Part shown: in pieces, positions 21,432 to 31,661 of the stretch
Position numbering within the stretch: the first letter of the stretch is position 1
Layout: each line of letters opens with the position of its first letter
Assembly (NCBI GenBank): GCA_044446745.1
Contig: JBIOFE010000001.1
Location: 44,759 to 108,758 of the forward strand
DNA from: Acidimicrobiales bacterium
Lineage (GTDB): Bacteria; Actinomycetota; Acidimicrobiia; Acidimicrobiales; RAAP-2
DNA length: 64,000 bases
Direction: 5' to 3'
Position numbers and translations under genes: made by a program
Notes under the pieces: generated by a model
Told to the model about the DNA's origin: nothing
Databases searched by the model: none
Seen by the model: only the letters and a program-made list of their open reading frames with translations

Positions 21432-22660
21432 CCCTCGAGCCCGTCCAGCGTCGCGACCTCACCCTCCTGGCCACGCTGCGGGGGGTCTCCTTCCTCGGCG
21501 ACTTCGCCGCGCTGACCGCGCTCTACCTGCGCCTGGCCCCGGCGCACCACGCCTGGGCGATCGCCGCGCTCTCCATCGCCGGGTCGCTGCCGCTGGTCGC
21601 GCTCGCCCCGCTGGCCGGCCAGGTCGCCGACCGCGTGCCGGCCAAGCGGCTGCTGGTCGGCCTCGGCGCCGGCGAGGCGCTGATCTGCGTCGGGCTGGGC
21701 CACTGGCACGGGCTGGTGGCCACGATCTTGCTGATGCTGGCCCTCACCGGCCTGGTCGCCTTCTCGCTGCCCGCCTACACCGCCATGGTGCCCGCGCTGG
21801 CCGGCGAGGCGAACATCGCCCGGGCCCAGGGCGTCCTGCAGGCGGCCCAGGCGGGCGCCAGCGTCCTCGGCCCGGTGCTCGGCGGGCTGCTGGTCGGCAG
21901 CACCGGTCAGAGCTGGCCCCTCTACCTCGACGCCGCGAGCTTCGCCGCGGCGGCGCTGGCCACGACCTGGCTGCGCCGCGACCGGCGACCCTCGCCCCGG
22001 TCGGTCCTGGCCGACGTCGCGTCCCCGCGGGAGGGCATGATGGCCGGCGTCCAGTTCATCTTCCACGACGGGCTGCTGCGCACCATCCAGGTCACGGTGA
22101 GCGTGTTCATGCTCTCGCTGGGCATGGTCAACGTGGCCGAGGTCTTCTTCATCACCCAGACGCTGCACGGCACGGCCACCGACTACGGGCTGGTCGGCGC
22201 CAGCTTCGGCGTGGGCGCGGTGGCCGGAGCGCTGTTCGCCCAGCGACTCTCCCAGGAGGTCGCCCACCTGGCCCGCTCGGTGATCGCGGCCATCGTGGTC
22301 ATCGGCCTGATGATCGGAGTGGTCGGACTCGTCTCCACGGTGGCGCTGGTCTATCCGCCGATGCTGGTGACCGGTGTCGCGGTGGGCGTGGCTAACGTCG
22401 CGGCGATGACGCTCTACACGGTGCGCTCGCCCGAGCGGCTGCGCGGGCGGGTCTTCGCCGCGCTCGGCGCGGTCTTCACGGCGAGTCAGATCGCGGCCAC
22501 CGGCGCGGGCGGACTGATCCTCGCGGTCATCGCCCCGCGCACTGTCTTTCAGATCGCCGGGATCGCGGCGACCGTGGTCACGCTGATCATGGGTCCCCTG
22601 GGCCTGCGTGCGGTCGCCGCGCGGCACGCCCGCGTCGCCCCCGCCCCGGTGGAGGCTTAG
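21428..22660 (+). CDS. MFS transporter
   Basis: About 12 hydrophobic segments, LAGQVADRVPAKR motif A, PERLRGRVFA motif. TTG start uncertain. Confidence 0.88.
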   Translation: MTLEPVQRRDLTLLATLRGVSFLGDFAALTALYLRLAPAHHAWAIAALSIAGSLPLVALAPLAGQVADRVPAKRLLVGLGAGEALICVGLGHWHGLVATILLMLALTGLVAFSLPAYTAMVPALAGEANIARAQGVLQAAQAGASVLGPVLGGLLVGSTGQSWPLYLDAASFAAAALATTWLRRDRRPSPRSVLADVASPREGMMAGVQFIFHDGLLRTIQVTVSVFMLSLGMVNVAEVFFITQTLHGTATDYGLVGASFGVGAVAGALFAQRLSQEVAHLARSVIAAIVVIGLMIGVVGLVSTVALVYPPMLVTGVAVGVANVAAMTLYTVRSPERLRGRVFAALGAVFTASQIAATGAGGLILAVIAPRTVFQIAGIAATVVTLIMGPLGLRAVAARHARVAPAPVEA

Positions 22661-23268
22661 GGCGAGCGGCGCTCGCGGCGCCAGAGATCGCCGTCGCGCT
22701 GGTACGCGACGCGGTCGTGGAGCCGGTCGTCGCGGCGCTGCCAGAACTCCAGGGCGTCGGGGGTCAGCAGATAGCCGCCCCAGTGCTCGGGTCGCGGTAC
22801 CGGCTCGCCCGCGTAGCGCGCCGCGAGCGCCGCCACGCGCGCCTCGAGCTCGGCGCGGCTGACCAGCGGCTCGCTCTGGTCGCTGGCCAGCGCGCTGATC
22901 TGGTGACCGCGCGGGCGCGCGGCAAAGTAGGCGTCGGACGCGGCGCGCGACATCGGCGCCACGGCGCCCTCGACGCGGACCTGGCGGCCCCGGCCCTCGC
23001 AGTACCACAGCAGCGCGGCGCGCGGGTTCGCCGCCAACTCGCGACCCTTGCGCGAGTGGTAGTTCGTGAACCACCCGAAGGCCCGCGCGTCGACGTGGCG
23101 CAGCAGCACCATGCGCGCGCTCGGGCGCCCGTCGCGGTCCGCCGTGACCAGGGTGGCCGCCTCGCGCTCGGCCATGACGTCGCGCGCGTCGTCGAACCAC
23201 CGGCGGAACTGCACCATCGGGTCCGGGTCGCAGGTCGCGATGTCGAGCGGCGTCCAGCGCTCTCTCAC
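22657..23268 (-). CDS. pdxH: Pyridoxamine 5'-phosphate oxidase
   Basis: From GTG 23268: DPMVQFRRWF, PSARMVLL, FTNYHSRKG, RQVRVEG, YFAARPRG, ASDQS, PRPEHWGGY, EFWQ...RLHDR. Confidence 0.93.
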   Translation of the reverse strand: MRERWTPLDIATCDPDPMVQFRRWFDDARDVMAEREAATLVTADRDGRPSARMVLLRHVDARAFGWFTNYHSRKGRELAANPRAALLWYCEGRGRQVRVEGAVAPMSRAASDAYFAARPRGHQISALASDQSEPLVSRAELEARVAALAARYAGEPVPRPEHWGGYLLTPDALEFWQRRDDRLHDRVAYQRDGDLWRRERRSP

Positions 23269-24272
23269 GACGCCGTCCCCAACGCCCAGTTCGGGCGCGC
23301 GGCGAGCGACAGCGCGCTGGGCCCCGCCGTGGCCAGTCGGTGCAGGCCGGCCGCGGCCACCATGGCGGCGTTGTCGGTGCACATGGCCGGGCTCGGCAGG
23401 TGGGCCGCGACGCCGAACTCGCTCGCCAGCTCGCGGGCCCCGGCGCGCAGCGCGCTGTTGGCGGCCACCCCCCCGGCCAGCGACAGCCCGGCCACGCGGT
23501 GGCGCGCCAGCGCGGCGCGCAACTTGCGCAACAACTGCTCGGCGACCGCCGCCTGGAAGGCCGCCGCCACGTCGGCGACGCCGACCTCGGGGTGACGGGT
23601 CGTCTGGCGCACCACGGCGGTCTTCAGTCCGGAGAACGACAGGTCGAGGTCGTCGCCGGTCATCGAGACCGGCAGCGTCAGGGCCCGCGCGTCCCCGGTC
23701 GCGGCCAGCCGGTCGATCTCCGGGCCGCCCGGGTAGCCGAGCCCCAGCCAGCGCGCCACCTTGTCGTAGGCCTCGCCGGCGGCGTCGTCGATCGTCTCGC
23801 CCAGCACGTCGTACTCGCCCGGGGCGCGCTGGATCACCAGGAGGCTGTGCCCGCCCGAGACGAGCAGGGTCAGCAGGGGCCACTCGAGCCCGGGGTCCTC
23901 CAGCAGCGCCGCGAAGAGGTGGCCCTCCAGGTGGTTGACCCCCACCAGCGGCCGACCCCAGGCGAGCGCGTAGCCCTTGGCCGCCGACAGCCCCACCATC
24001 AGCGACCCCACCAGGCCCGGACCGGCCGTCACCGCGACGCCGGCCACGTCGGGGTCGTGCGGGTCCAGGCCGGCGTCGCCCAACGCGCGCGCCACCACCG
24101 GGCCCAGCGTCGTCAGGTGCGCCCGGCCGGCCAGCTCGGGGACCACGCCGCCGAAGGCGCGGTGCTGGTCGATCGAGGACTCGACGACCGAGGAGAGGAC
24201 CCGGTAGCCGTCGGCGACCACCGCAGCCGCGGTCTCGTCGCAGCTCGTCTCGATGCCCAGGATCGCGGCCAC
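23265..24272 (-). CDS. tsaD: tRNA N6-threonylcarbamoyladenosine synthesis protein TsaD
   Basis: LGIETSCDETAAA, GGVVPELAGRAH, VTAGPGL, VNHLEGH, LVSGGHS, DDAAGEAYDK, SFSGLKT, CTDNAAMVA. Confidence 0.97.
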   Translation of the reverse strand: MAAILGIETSCDETAAAVVADGYRVLSSVVESSIDQHRAFGGVVPELAGRAHLTTLGPVVARALGDAGLDPHDPDVAGVAVTAGPGLVGSLMVGLSAAKGYALAWGRPLVGVNHLEGHLFAALLEDPGLEWPLLTLLVSGGHSLLVIQRAPGEYDVLGETIDDAAGEAYDKVARWLGLGYPGGPEIDRLAATGDARALTLPVSMTGDDLDLSFSGLKTAVVRQTTRHPEVGVADVAAAFQAAVAEQLLRKLRAALARHRVAGLSLAGGVAANSALRAGARELASEFGVAAHLPSPAMCTDNAAMVAAAGLHRLATAGPSALSLAARPNWALGTAS

Positions 24273-24299
24273 CGGACCAGCGTAGGGACGGTTCGACCC

Positions 24300-24752
24300 C
24301 TAGGGGGTCAGCTCGGCCCACAGCACCAGGGCGTCTTCGCCGGTGGCCGGGTAGTAGTTCTTGCGCACGCCCACCGGGGTGAATCCGTAGCGGTAGTAGA
24401 GGCGCTGGGCGCGCCGGTTGGACACCGCCACCTCCAGCGACGCGCGCGCCACGCCGCGCGTGCGCGCGTCGCTCCAGGCGTCGTCGAGCAGCGACGTGGC
24501 CACCCCGCGGTGCTCGTCGCTCGGACGAACCCCGAGCGTCGTCACGTGCAGCTCGTCGAGGACGAACATGACGCCCAGGTAGCCGACGACGCGACCGCCC
24601 TCGACCGCCACCGTGTAGCGGCGCGTCTCGGGCTGGGCCAGCTCGTCGAGCAGCATCCCGCGCGTCCAGGGCTCGGGGAACTGGGCCTGCTCGATCTCGA
24701 GCAGCGCGGGGACGTCGCGGCGCTCGGCGGGCCGGATGCGCCAGTCGGTCAC
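24300..24752 (-). CDS. rimI: Ribosomal protein alanine N-acetyltransferase (GNAT)
   Basis: IEQAQFPEPW, LEVAVSNRRAQRLYYRYGF, RKNYY, EDALVLW. Located between tsaB and tsaD. Confidence 0.9.
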   Translation of the reverse strand: MTDWRIRPAERRDVPALLEIEQAQFPEPWTRGMLLDELAQPETRRYTVAVEGGRVVGYLGVMFVLDELHVTTLGVRPSDEHRGVATSLLDDAWSDARTRGVARASLEVAVSNRRAQRLYYRYGFTPVGVRKNYYPATGEDALVLWAELTP

Positions 24753-25423
24753 GACCGCTCGCGGGTCACGAAGTTGGCGACCGCGTCGGCCTCGCGCAGG
24801 TAGAGCGCCCGCACGGCGGTCGCCGCCGGCCGCGTCGCGCCCAGCGCCAGCGCGGCGGCGGTGGGTGGCACGCGCTGCGGGTCGATCGTGACGTCGGACA
24901 GGTCGGCGAAGAGCTCGGCGTAGCGCGCCGCTCCGTCGCCGGTCAGGGTGACGGCGACGCCGCCGGTCGCCAGGCGCGCGGCCACCTCCTCGGGTCGCAC
25001 CACGACCGGTCGGCTGCCCGCCGCGGCGACCCCGTCGAGCTCGAAGCGCTGCACGAAGACCTCGCCCCGGCGCGCGTCGACGACCGCCAGCAGCCGGCCG
25101 CGCGCGCCGGTCGCCAGCGCGCCGAGGGCCCGGAGCTCCAGCGAGGTCACGGCCACCCGGTCGCAGCCCAACGCGCGGGCCAGGGCGTCGGCCGTGGCCA
25201 GTCCCACCCGCAGCCCGGTGTAGAGGCCGGGGCCGCGGTCGACCACCACGCGGTCGAGGTCGCGCGGGCGCAGGCCGAGCTCGCCCAGCAGCGCCTCGAT
25301 GCCCGGGGCCAGGGCCTCGGTGTGGTGGCGCTCCTCGTCCAGGACGCGGTTGACCTCCGCCTCGCCCGCGCGCACGCCGATCGCGCAGGCCGCGGTGGCC
25401 GTCTCGATGGCCAGCAGGTTCAC
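24749..25423 (-). CDS. tsaB: tRNA threonylcarbamoyladenosine biosynthesis protein TsaB
   Basis: From GTG 25423: LLAIETAT, HTEALAPGI, VDRGPGLYTGLRVG, DARRGEVF, LYLRE. Confidence 0.93.
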   Translation of the reverse strand: MNLLAIETATAACAIGVRAGEAEVNRVLDEERHHTEALAPGIEALLGELGLRPRDLDRVVVDRGPGLYTGLRVGLATADALARALGCDRVAVTSLELRALGALATGARGRLLAVVDARRGEVFVQRFELDGVAAAGSRPVVVRPEEVAARLATGGVAVTLTGDGAARYAELFADLSDVTIDPQRVPPTAAALALGATRPAATAVRALYLREADAVANFVTRERS

Positions 25424-25896
25424 CGCGCCCAGCGCTCCAGGCCGGCGCGGCGCGGCGCGGCCGCCTGACCCCCGACGGTCAGGCGGCGCTCGTCGTCGTC
25501 GCCCACCTCGACGTGCACGGTCAGCACGTCGCGGCCGAAGACCGGCGCCGCCAGCTCCCCCCACTCGACGAGCGCGACCGCCGACTCCTCGACCAACTCG
25601 CCCAGCGCGAGGTCGAGCACCTCGTCGAGGCTCTCGATTCGGTAGAGGTCGGCGTGCTGGAGGGTCGCGATGCCGCGGTCGTTGCCGGCGGCGTGCTCGC
25701 GCACCATCGTGAAGGTCGGGCTGGTGACGCGTTCGGCGACCCCCAGCCCGCGCGCGGCGCCCTGGACGAAGGTGGTCTTGCCCGCGCCCAGGGCCCCGGT
25801 GAGCAGCACGACGTCGCCGGGCTCCAAGAGCTCCGCGAACTCGCGGCCCGCCTCGCGCGTGGCGGCCGCGTCGCGGCAGCGACGCTGCCAGGTCAC
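25420..25896 (-). CDS. tsaE: tRNA threonylcarbamoyladenosine biosynthesis ATPase TsaE
   Basis: From GTG 25896: [36 protein letters not shown]. Confidence 0.94.
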   Translation of the reverse strand: MTWQRRCRDAAATREAGREFAELLEPGDVVLLTGALGAGKTTFVQGAARGLGVAERVTSPTFTMVREHAAGNDRGIATLQHADLYRIESLDEVLDLALGELVEESAVALVEWGELAAPVFGRDVLTVHVEVGDDDERRLTVGGQAAAPRRAGLERWAR

Positions 25897-26438
25897 GCCG
25901 GCTCCACCAGGCGCCGCAGGATCCGCAGGTCGGCCCGCACCACCTGGGCCAGGCTGGGCGTGCGCAGAACGGCCGCCGGGTGGTAGGTAGCGAGCGCGGG
26001 ACCGCCGCCGATGGTCACCACCCGTCCGTGGATGGCGCCCATCGACTCGCCCAGGCCGAGCACCTCGCGCGCGGCGACCGCGCCGAGGGCCAGCACGGCG
26101 AGGGGCTGGACCAGCTGGAGCTGGGCGCGCAGCCAGGGCCGGCACGCCTCGAGCTCGTCGGGGGCGGGCGTGCGATTCTCCGGCGGCCGGCACTTCACCG
26201 TGTTGGTGACGAAGCACTGGTCGCGGACGAGACCGACCTCCTCGCGCAGCAGCCGGAAGAAGAGGTTGCCGCTGCGCCCGATGAACGGCTCACCACCCTC
26301 GTCCTCGGTTCGCCCCGGCGCCTCCCCGACGATCATGACCACCGGGTCGGTCGGCCCGGTGCCCACGACCACGCGCTGGCGGGTCTCGGCGAGTCGGCAG
26401 CGGGTGCAGGTCGGCAGTTCGCCCAGGTCGAGGGCCAT
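25893..26438 (-). CDS. Uracil-DNA glycosylase family 4 ([4Fe-4S] type)
   Basis: From ATG 26438: [46 protein letters not shown]. Confidence 0.9.
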   Translation of the reverse strand: MALDLGELPTCTRCRLAETRQRVVVGTGPTDPVVMIVGEAPGRTEDEGGEPFIGRSGNLFFRLLREEVGLVRDQCFVTNTVKCRPPENRTPAPDELEACRPWLRAQLQLVQPLAVLALGAVAAREVLGLGESMGAIHGRVVTIGGGPALATYHPAAVLRTPSLAQVVRADLRILRRLVEPA

Positions 26439-27592
26439 CAAGCGGGCACCAGCACCCGCGGCACCCGCGCCCCCACGCCGCAGAGGATCTCCCAGGAGAT
26501 CGTGTCGGCGTGGCGGGCCCACTCCTCGGCGGTGATCTCCTCGTCGCCCATGACGCCCAGCAGCACGACGTCGTCGCCCGGGCGGATCGGGTCGTCGCCG
26601 CAGTCCACCAGCAGCTGGTCCATGGTGACCGCGCCGGCCAGCGGGTAGCGCCGTCCGCGGATGAGCACCTCGGCGCCGGCGTCAAAGAGGCGCCGCGGGT
26701 AGCCGTCGGCGTACCCGAAGGGCACCGTCGCGATCGTCGACGCCTCGCGCGTCGCGCGCAGCCGCCCGTAGCTGGGCCGCGCGGCGGCCTCGACGCGCCG
26801 CGCCGCCACCACCCGGGCGTGCAGGCTCAGCGCCGGCGTCAGGCGCGCGCCCACGGCGCCCAGCGCGTCGCCGGTCCAGTCGCCGGGCAGGTAGCCGTAC
26901 AGCGCGAGGCCCACCCGGGCCATCGACAGCCGGGCCTCGGGGTAGCCCAGGGCGCCCGCGCTGTTGGCCGCGTGGATCACGCGCGGCGCGGCGCCGCGCG
27001 CGCGCAGGCGCGCCACGACGTCGGCGAACTGCTCGATCTGGGTGCGGGTGAACGCGCGGTCCTCGCCGGACGCGCCGTCGGCCACGCTGAAGTGGGTGTA
27101 GAGGCCCTCGAGGTCGATGGCCGCCGACGCGCGCAGGAGGTCGACCACCTCGTCGACCTCGCTCGGCGCCACGCCCATGCGGTGCATGCCGGTGTCCACC
27201 TTGACGTGCACGCGGTGCCGGCCGCCGCGGGCCTCGGCCGCCGCGACGGCGCTGCGCGCGCCGGCCGGCGACCCGACGGTGAGCGTCAGGTAGTACTCCA
27301 GCGCGTCGGGCACCGTCGTCGGGGGGATCTCGGCGAGCAGGAGGATCGACTCGGTGAAGCCGGCGTTGCGCAGCTCGATCCCCTCGTCCACGATGGCCAC
27401 CGCCAGGCTGTCGGCGCCGGCGCCCAGCAGCGCCTCGGCGGCCAGCGGCCCGCCGTGGCCGTAGCCGTTGGCCTTGACCACCGCGCACAGCGCGCTGGGG
27501 CCGAGGACGCTCTTCAGCGCGGCCACGTTGGCGCCCAGGGCCGCCGCGGAGATCTCGGCCCAGGCCGGTCGGCGCACGCCCTCAACCGGCAC
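26438..27592 (-). CDS. alr: Alanine racemase
   Basis: AVVKANGYGHG (PLP Lys), HVKVDTGMHRMG, YTHFSVAD, HAANSAG, ARVGLALYG, SYG, GYADGY, MDQ. Confidence 0.96.
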   Translation of the reverse strand: MPVEGVRRPAWAEISAAALGANVAALKSVLGPSALCAVVKANGYGHGGPLAAEALLGAGADSLAVAIVDEGIELRNAGFTESILLLAEIPPTTVPDALEYYLTLTVGSPAGARSAVAAAEARGGRHRVHVKVDTGMHRMGVAPSEVDEVVDLLRASAAIDLEGLYTHFSVADGASGEDRAFTRTQIEQFADVVARLRARGAAPRVIHAANSAGALGYPEARLSMARVGLALYGYLPGDWTGDALGAVGARLTPALSLHARVVAARRVEAAARPSYGRLRATREASTIATVPFGYADGYPRRLFDAGAEVLIRGRRYPLAGAVTMDQLLVDCGDDPIRPGDDVVLLGVMGDEEITAEEWARHADTISWEILCGVGARVPRVLVPA

Positions 27593-27622
27593 GGTCGATC
27601 CCCGCCTCGCGCGCGCCCACCG

Positions 27623-29464
27623 CTACTCCACCGTCACGGTCTTGGCCAGGTTGCGGGGCCGGTCGACGTTGCGGCCCAGCCCGCGGGCGATGGCGTAGGC
27701 GAAGAGCTGCAGGGGCACGATGTCCACCATGGGCGTGAAGAGCGGCTCGGTCACCGGCACGCGCAGCACGAAGTCGGCCACGGCGTCGATCTGATCGTCG
27801 TCGTCCCCGGCCACCGCCACCACGCTGGCGCCGCGGGCCTTGACCTCGGAGAGGTTGGACAGCATCTTTTCGTGCAGGGCGGGGTCGGTCGTCACGGCGA
27901 CCACCACGACGCCCGGCTCGATCAGGGCCAGCGGACCGTGCTTGAGCTCGCCGGCCGGGTACCCCTCGGCGTGCAGGTAGGTGACCTCCTTGAGCTTGAG
28001 GGCGCCCTCCAGCGCGGTGGGATAGCCGACGTGACGGCCCAGGAAGAAGAAGTCGTGCGCGCCGGCCAGGGCCTTGGCGACCACGTCGACGTGGTCGCGG
28101 CGATCCAGCGCCCTGGCCACCAGCGGGGCGACCGCGGCCAGACCGTGGAAGTGCGCCTCGACGTCGCTCGGCGACAGCGTGCCGCGAAGCTGGGCCAGCC
28201 GCAGCGCCAGCAGCTCGAGGGCGGCCACCTGGGCGACGTAGGCCTTGGTCGAGGCGACCGAGACCTCCAGGCCGGCGCGGGTGTAGATGACCGCGTCGGC
28301 CTCGCGGGCCAGCGACGAGTCGACCACGTTGGCCACCGCCACCACCCGCGCGCCGCGGCGTTTGGCCTCGCGCAGGGCCTGGATGGTGTCGATCGTCTCG
28401 CCGCTCTGGGAGACCCCGATCACCAGCGTGCCGACCTCGACCACCGGGTCGCGGTACCGGTACTCGCTCGAGATGTCGACCTCGACGCTGACCTGGACCC
28501 AGCGCTCCAGCGCGTACTTGGCGACCAGGGCCGCGTGGTGCGACGTGCCGGCCGCCACGATCACCACCCGGCGCACGTCGCGCAGCTCCTGGTCGCTGAC
28601 GCGCAGCTCGTCGAAGGAGATGGTCCCGTCGGCGCGGTGCCGGTCGGCCAGCGTCGCACGCAGCGCGTCGGGCTGCTCGTTGATCTCCTTAATCATGAAG
28701 TCGTCGTGGCCGCCCTTCTGGGCGGTCTCGAGGTCCCAGTCGATCGCCAGTTGGCGCAGGCGCACCGGGGCGCCCTCGAGATCGACCGCGCGGAAGCCCT
28801 CGGGTCCCAGGCGCACGACCTCGTCGTCGTTGACCGCGTAGAAGGCGCTGGCCCGGTCGAGGATCGCCGGCACGTCGCTGGCCAGGTAGGTGACCCCGGC
28901 GCCGGTGCCCACGACGAGCGGCGAGATCCGCCGCGCCGCGACGATGACGTCGGGCTCGGCGGCGTCCACCGCCGCCAGCGCGAACGCCCCGCGCACGACC
29001 AGCAGGCTGGCGCGCACGGCGTCGAGCAGATCGAGTCCCTCGGCCCGGCGCTCCTCGATGAGGTGGGCCAGCACCTCGGAGTCGGTCACCGACGTGAAGC
29101 GGTGCCCGCGCGCCTCGAGCTCGGCTTGGAGCGACGCGTGGTTCTCGACGATCCCGTTGTGGATGATGGCCACGCGACCGGTGCAGTCCAGGTGCGGGTG
29201 GGCGTTCTGCGTCTCGGGGGCGCCGTGGGTGGCCCAGCGCGTGTGGCCGATCCCCGAGGAGAAGCCCCGCGGGGCGTGGGCGCACTCGCGGCGCAGCGCG
29301 GCGACCGACGCGGTGCCGGTGGCCGTGCGGGCCCGCCACGTCTCACCCGCGCGCACGAGGGCCACGCCGGCCGAGTCGTAGCCCCGGTACTCCAGGCGCT
29401 CCAAGCCGTCGAGCAGGATCTCCAGAGCGTCGGCGGAGCCGACGACTCCAATGATGCCGCACAT
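27623..29464 (-). CDS. glmS: Glutamine--fructose-6-phosphate aminotransferase
   Basis: MCGIIG from ATG 29464, LEYRGYDSAG, GHTRWATHG, SQSGET, VASTKAY, ELKHGPLALI, DRPRNLAKTVTVE. Confidence 0.98.
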   Translation of the reverse strand: MCGIIGVVGSADALEILLDGLERLEYRGYDSAGVALVRAGETWRARTATGTASVAALRRECAHAPRGFSSGIGHTRWATHGAPETQNAHPHLDCTGRVAIIHNGIVENHASLQAELEARGHRFTSVTDSEVLAHLIEERRAEGLDLLDAVRASLLVVRGAFALAAVDAAEPDVIVAARRISPLVVGTGAGVTYLASDVPAILDRASAFYAVNDDEVVRLGPEGFRAVDLEGAPVRLRQLAIDWDLETAQKGGHDDFMIKEINEQPDALRATLADRHRADGTISFDELRVSDQELRDVRRVVIVAAGTSHHAALVAKYALERWVQVSVEVDISSEYRYRDPVVEVGTLVIGVSQSGETIDTIQALREAKRRGARVVAVANVVDSSLAREADAVIYTRAGLEVSVASTKAYVAQVAALELLALRLAQLRGTLSPSDVEAHFHGLAAVAPLVARALDRRDHVDVVAKALAGAHDFFFLGRHVGYPTALEGALKLKEVTYLHAEGYPAGELKHGPLALIEPGVVVVAVTTDPALHEKMLSNLSEVKARGASVVAVAGDDDDQIDAVADFVLRVPVTEPLFTPMVDIVPLQLFAYAIARGLGRNVDRPRNLAKTVTVE

Positions 29465-29512
29465 GGCGGTCAGCCTACTCGGGGGTCTTTCGCCGTCCCC
29501 GGGGGCACGCAA

Positions 29513-30814
29513 CTACTCGACGTGGTCGCGGCGCAGCCGGGTGGTGAACGCGGTGACCACCGCGGCGTCGAGGGCCTCAACCATCACGCGCACCAGCGGC
29601 TCGGTCCCCGAGGGCCGGATGACCAGGCGCACGTCGTCGGGGTCGACGCGGTACTCGTCGACCACCGCGTCGAAGAGCGCGCGCACCGCGACGTCGTCGT
29701 AGCGCTCGCGCGCCACGTTGACCAGGGCCTGGGGCACCCGGCGCCACGCCGACTCGGCGAGTTCGAAGAGCGGGCCGCGCCGCACGACCAGGTCGCACAG
29801 CAGCAGGCCGGTCAGCAGCCCGTCGCCGGTCGGCGAGAGGTTCCGGAAGATCAGGTGGCCGGACTGCTCCCCCCCGAAGGTCCAGGCCCGCTCCTCGAGG
29901 GCCAGCAGCACGTTGCGGTCGCCGACGTCGGTCTCGATCACGGTCACCGATCGCGCGTTCAGCGCGCGGCGCAGCCCCAGGTTGCTCATCGACGTCACGA
30001 CCAGGCCCCCCTCGAACCCGGCGCGCTCGATCAGGTCCAGGGAGAACAGGATCATCAGGTCGTCGCCGTCGCGCACCACGCCGGTTGCGTCGACGGCCAC
30101 CAGCCGGTCGGCGTCGCCGTCGAAGGCCAGGCCCAGGTCGGCCCGGTGGGTCCGCACGGCGGCGACCAGGCTCTCGACGTGGGTCGAGCCGCAGCCCTCG
30201 TTGATGTTGTGCCCGTCGGGCCGGTCGTGGATCATCGTCAGACGAGCCCCGGTCGCCGCGAACAGCTCGCGCGCCACGTGGCTGGCCGCGCCGTTGGCGC
30301 AGTCGATCACCAGGTGCAGCGACGACAGGTCCGCGGGCACCAGCGCGCGCAGGTGCTCGACGTACTCGCGCTCGGCGCTGGCGTCCACCGGCGGGGCGTC
30401 GAAGTGGGCGCGGTCCGGCGGCGCCGCGGCGTTGAGCGCGGCCTCGACGGCCTGCTCCGTGGCGTGGTCCAACTTGCCGCCGCCCCAGCCCAGCACCTTG
30501 AGCCCGTTGTCGTAGTAGGGGTTGTGCGAGGCCGAGACCACGACGCCGACCCCGCCGCGCTGGCGCGCGACGACGGCCACCCCCGGCGTGGTGAAGTAGC
30601 CCAGGTTGACCGCGACGGCCTCGCCGTCGGCCAGGCCGGCCAGCACGGCCGCGGCCAGGGGTGGCGAGCTCTCGCGCGTGTCGTAGCCCACGAAGACCGG
30701 CGCGGAGAACACCCGGGCCACGGCGCGGCCGAGCCGGTAGGCCAACTCGACGGTGATCTCGTCGCCGACTCGACCCCGGATGCCGTCCGTGCCGAAGCGC
30801 ACGGCCTTGGCCAT
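29513..30814 (-). CDS. glmM: Phosphoglucosamine mutase
   Basis: FGTDGIRG, VSASHNPYYDNGLK, AFDGDADR, VGDRNV, GGEQSGH, RPSGTEPLVRVMVE. Confidence 0.95.
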   Translation of the reverse strand: MAKAVRFGTDGIRGRVGDEITVELAYRLGRAVARVFSAPVFVGYDTRESSPPLAAAVLAGLADGEAVAVNLGYFTTPGVAVVARQRGGVGVVVSASHNPYYDNGLKVLGWGGGKLDHATEQAVEAALNAAAPPDRAHFDAPPVDASAEREYVEHLRALVPADLSSLHLVIDCANGAASHVARELFAATGARLTMIHDRPDGHNINEGCGSTHVESLVAAVRTHRADLGLAFDGDADRLVAVDATGVVRDGDDLMILFSLDLIERAGFEGGLVVTSMSNLGLRRALNARSVTVIETDVGDRNVLLALEERAWTFGGEQSGHLIFRNLSPTGDGLLTGLLLCDLVVRRGPLFELAESAWRRVPQALVNVARERYDDVAVRALFDAVVDEYRVDPDDVRLVIRPSGTEPLVRVMVEALDAAVVTAFTTRLRRDHVE

Positions 30815-31206
30815 CAGCGCTTGGAGTACTGGGGAGCCTTGCGCGCCTTCTTGAGGCCGTACTTCTTGGTCTCCTTCTTGCGCGCGTCGCGGGTGAGCAG
30901 GCCGGCCTTCTTCAGCGCCGGGCGCACCGAGCCGTCGACCACGAGCAGCCCGCGGGCGATGCCCAGGCGCAGCGCGCCGGCCTGGCCGGCCACGCCGCCG
31001 CCCTCGATCGTCGCGTCGATGTCGTAGGTCTGCTGGGCGTCGAGCAGGCGCAGGGGCTCCATGACCATCTGGCGGTGGGTCGCCGAGGTGAAGTAGTTGT
31101 CGAAGGCCCGCGAGTTGATGGTGATGGTGCCGGTGCCCGGGCGCAGGCGCACGCGCGCCACCGCCTCCTTGCGGCGACCGGTCGACTGCGTGGGGGGCGT
31201 GGTCAC
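30814..31206 (-). CDS. rpsI: 30S ribosomal protein S9
   Basis: From GTG 31206 (AAGGAG upstream): [49 protein letters not shown]. Confidence 0.97.
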   Translation of the reverse strand: MTTPPTQSTGRRKEAVARVRLRPGTGTITINSRAFDNYFTSATHRQMVMEPLRLLDAQQTYDIDATIEGGGVAGQAGALRLGIARGLLVVDGSVRPALKKAGLLTRDARKKETKKYGLKKARKAPQYSKR

Positions 31207-31214
31207 GAGACTCC

Positions 31215-31661
31215 TTAGCCGCGGCGGATGGCCGAAGCGTCGTAGGCGGTGGGCTGCTGGGCCGCGTGCGGGTGCTCGGCGCCGGCGTAGACGAAGAGCT
31301 TGCCCATCTGGGCGCGCCCGAGGCGGTTTCGCGGCACCATCCCCTTGACCGCGTCGTAGACCAGGGTCGTGGGGTCCTCGTCCATCAGCTTCTGCCAGGA
31401 GGTCGCGCGCAACCCGCCCGGGTAGCCCGAGTGGTGGTAGGCGAAGTTCTGGTTGGCCTTGTTGGCCGTGACGACGACCTTGGCGGCGTTGACGATGATG
31501 ACGTAGTCGCCGGTGTCCAGGTGGGGCGCGAAGTACGGACGGTGCTTGCCGCGCAGCAGCGACGCCGCGACGGTGGCCAAGCGGCCCAGGACCAGCCCCT
31601 CGGCGTCGATCACGCGCCATTCGCGCGTGACCTCACTGGCCTTGGGTGTAAACGTGCGCAC
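31215..31661 (-). CDS. rplM: 50S ribosomal protein L13
   Basis: [47 protein letters not shown]. Confidence 0.98.
   Translation of the reverse strand: MRTFTPKASEVTREWRVIDAEGLVLGRLATVAASLLRGKHRPYFAPHLDTGDYVIIVNAAKVVVTANKANQNFAYHHSGYPGGLRATSWQKLMDEDPTTLVYDAVKGMVPRNRLGRAQMGKLFVYAGAEHPHAAQQPTAYDASAIRRG

Noticed and set aside
24285-24310. GGTTCGA T-loop-like string suggesting a tRNA
   Set aside because: No cloverleaf. It is the rimI stop and tsaD promoter region with a small GACCCC/GGGGTC hairpin.
29465-29512. glmS ribozyme
   Set aside because: The spacer is only 48 nt and holds a -10 seven nt from the ATG, far too short for the ribozyme.
26510-31027. 1505-aa plus-strand ORF
   Set aside because: Antisense shadow of alr-glmS-glmM-rpsI. 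High-GC3 genes lack stops on the reverse frame, and the product has no recognisable domain.
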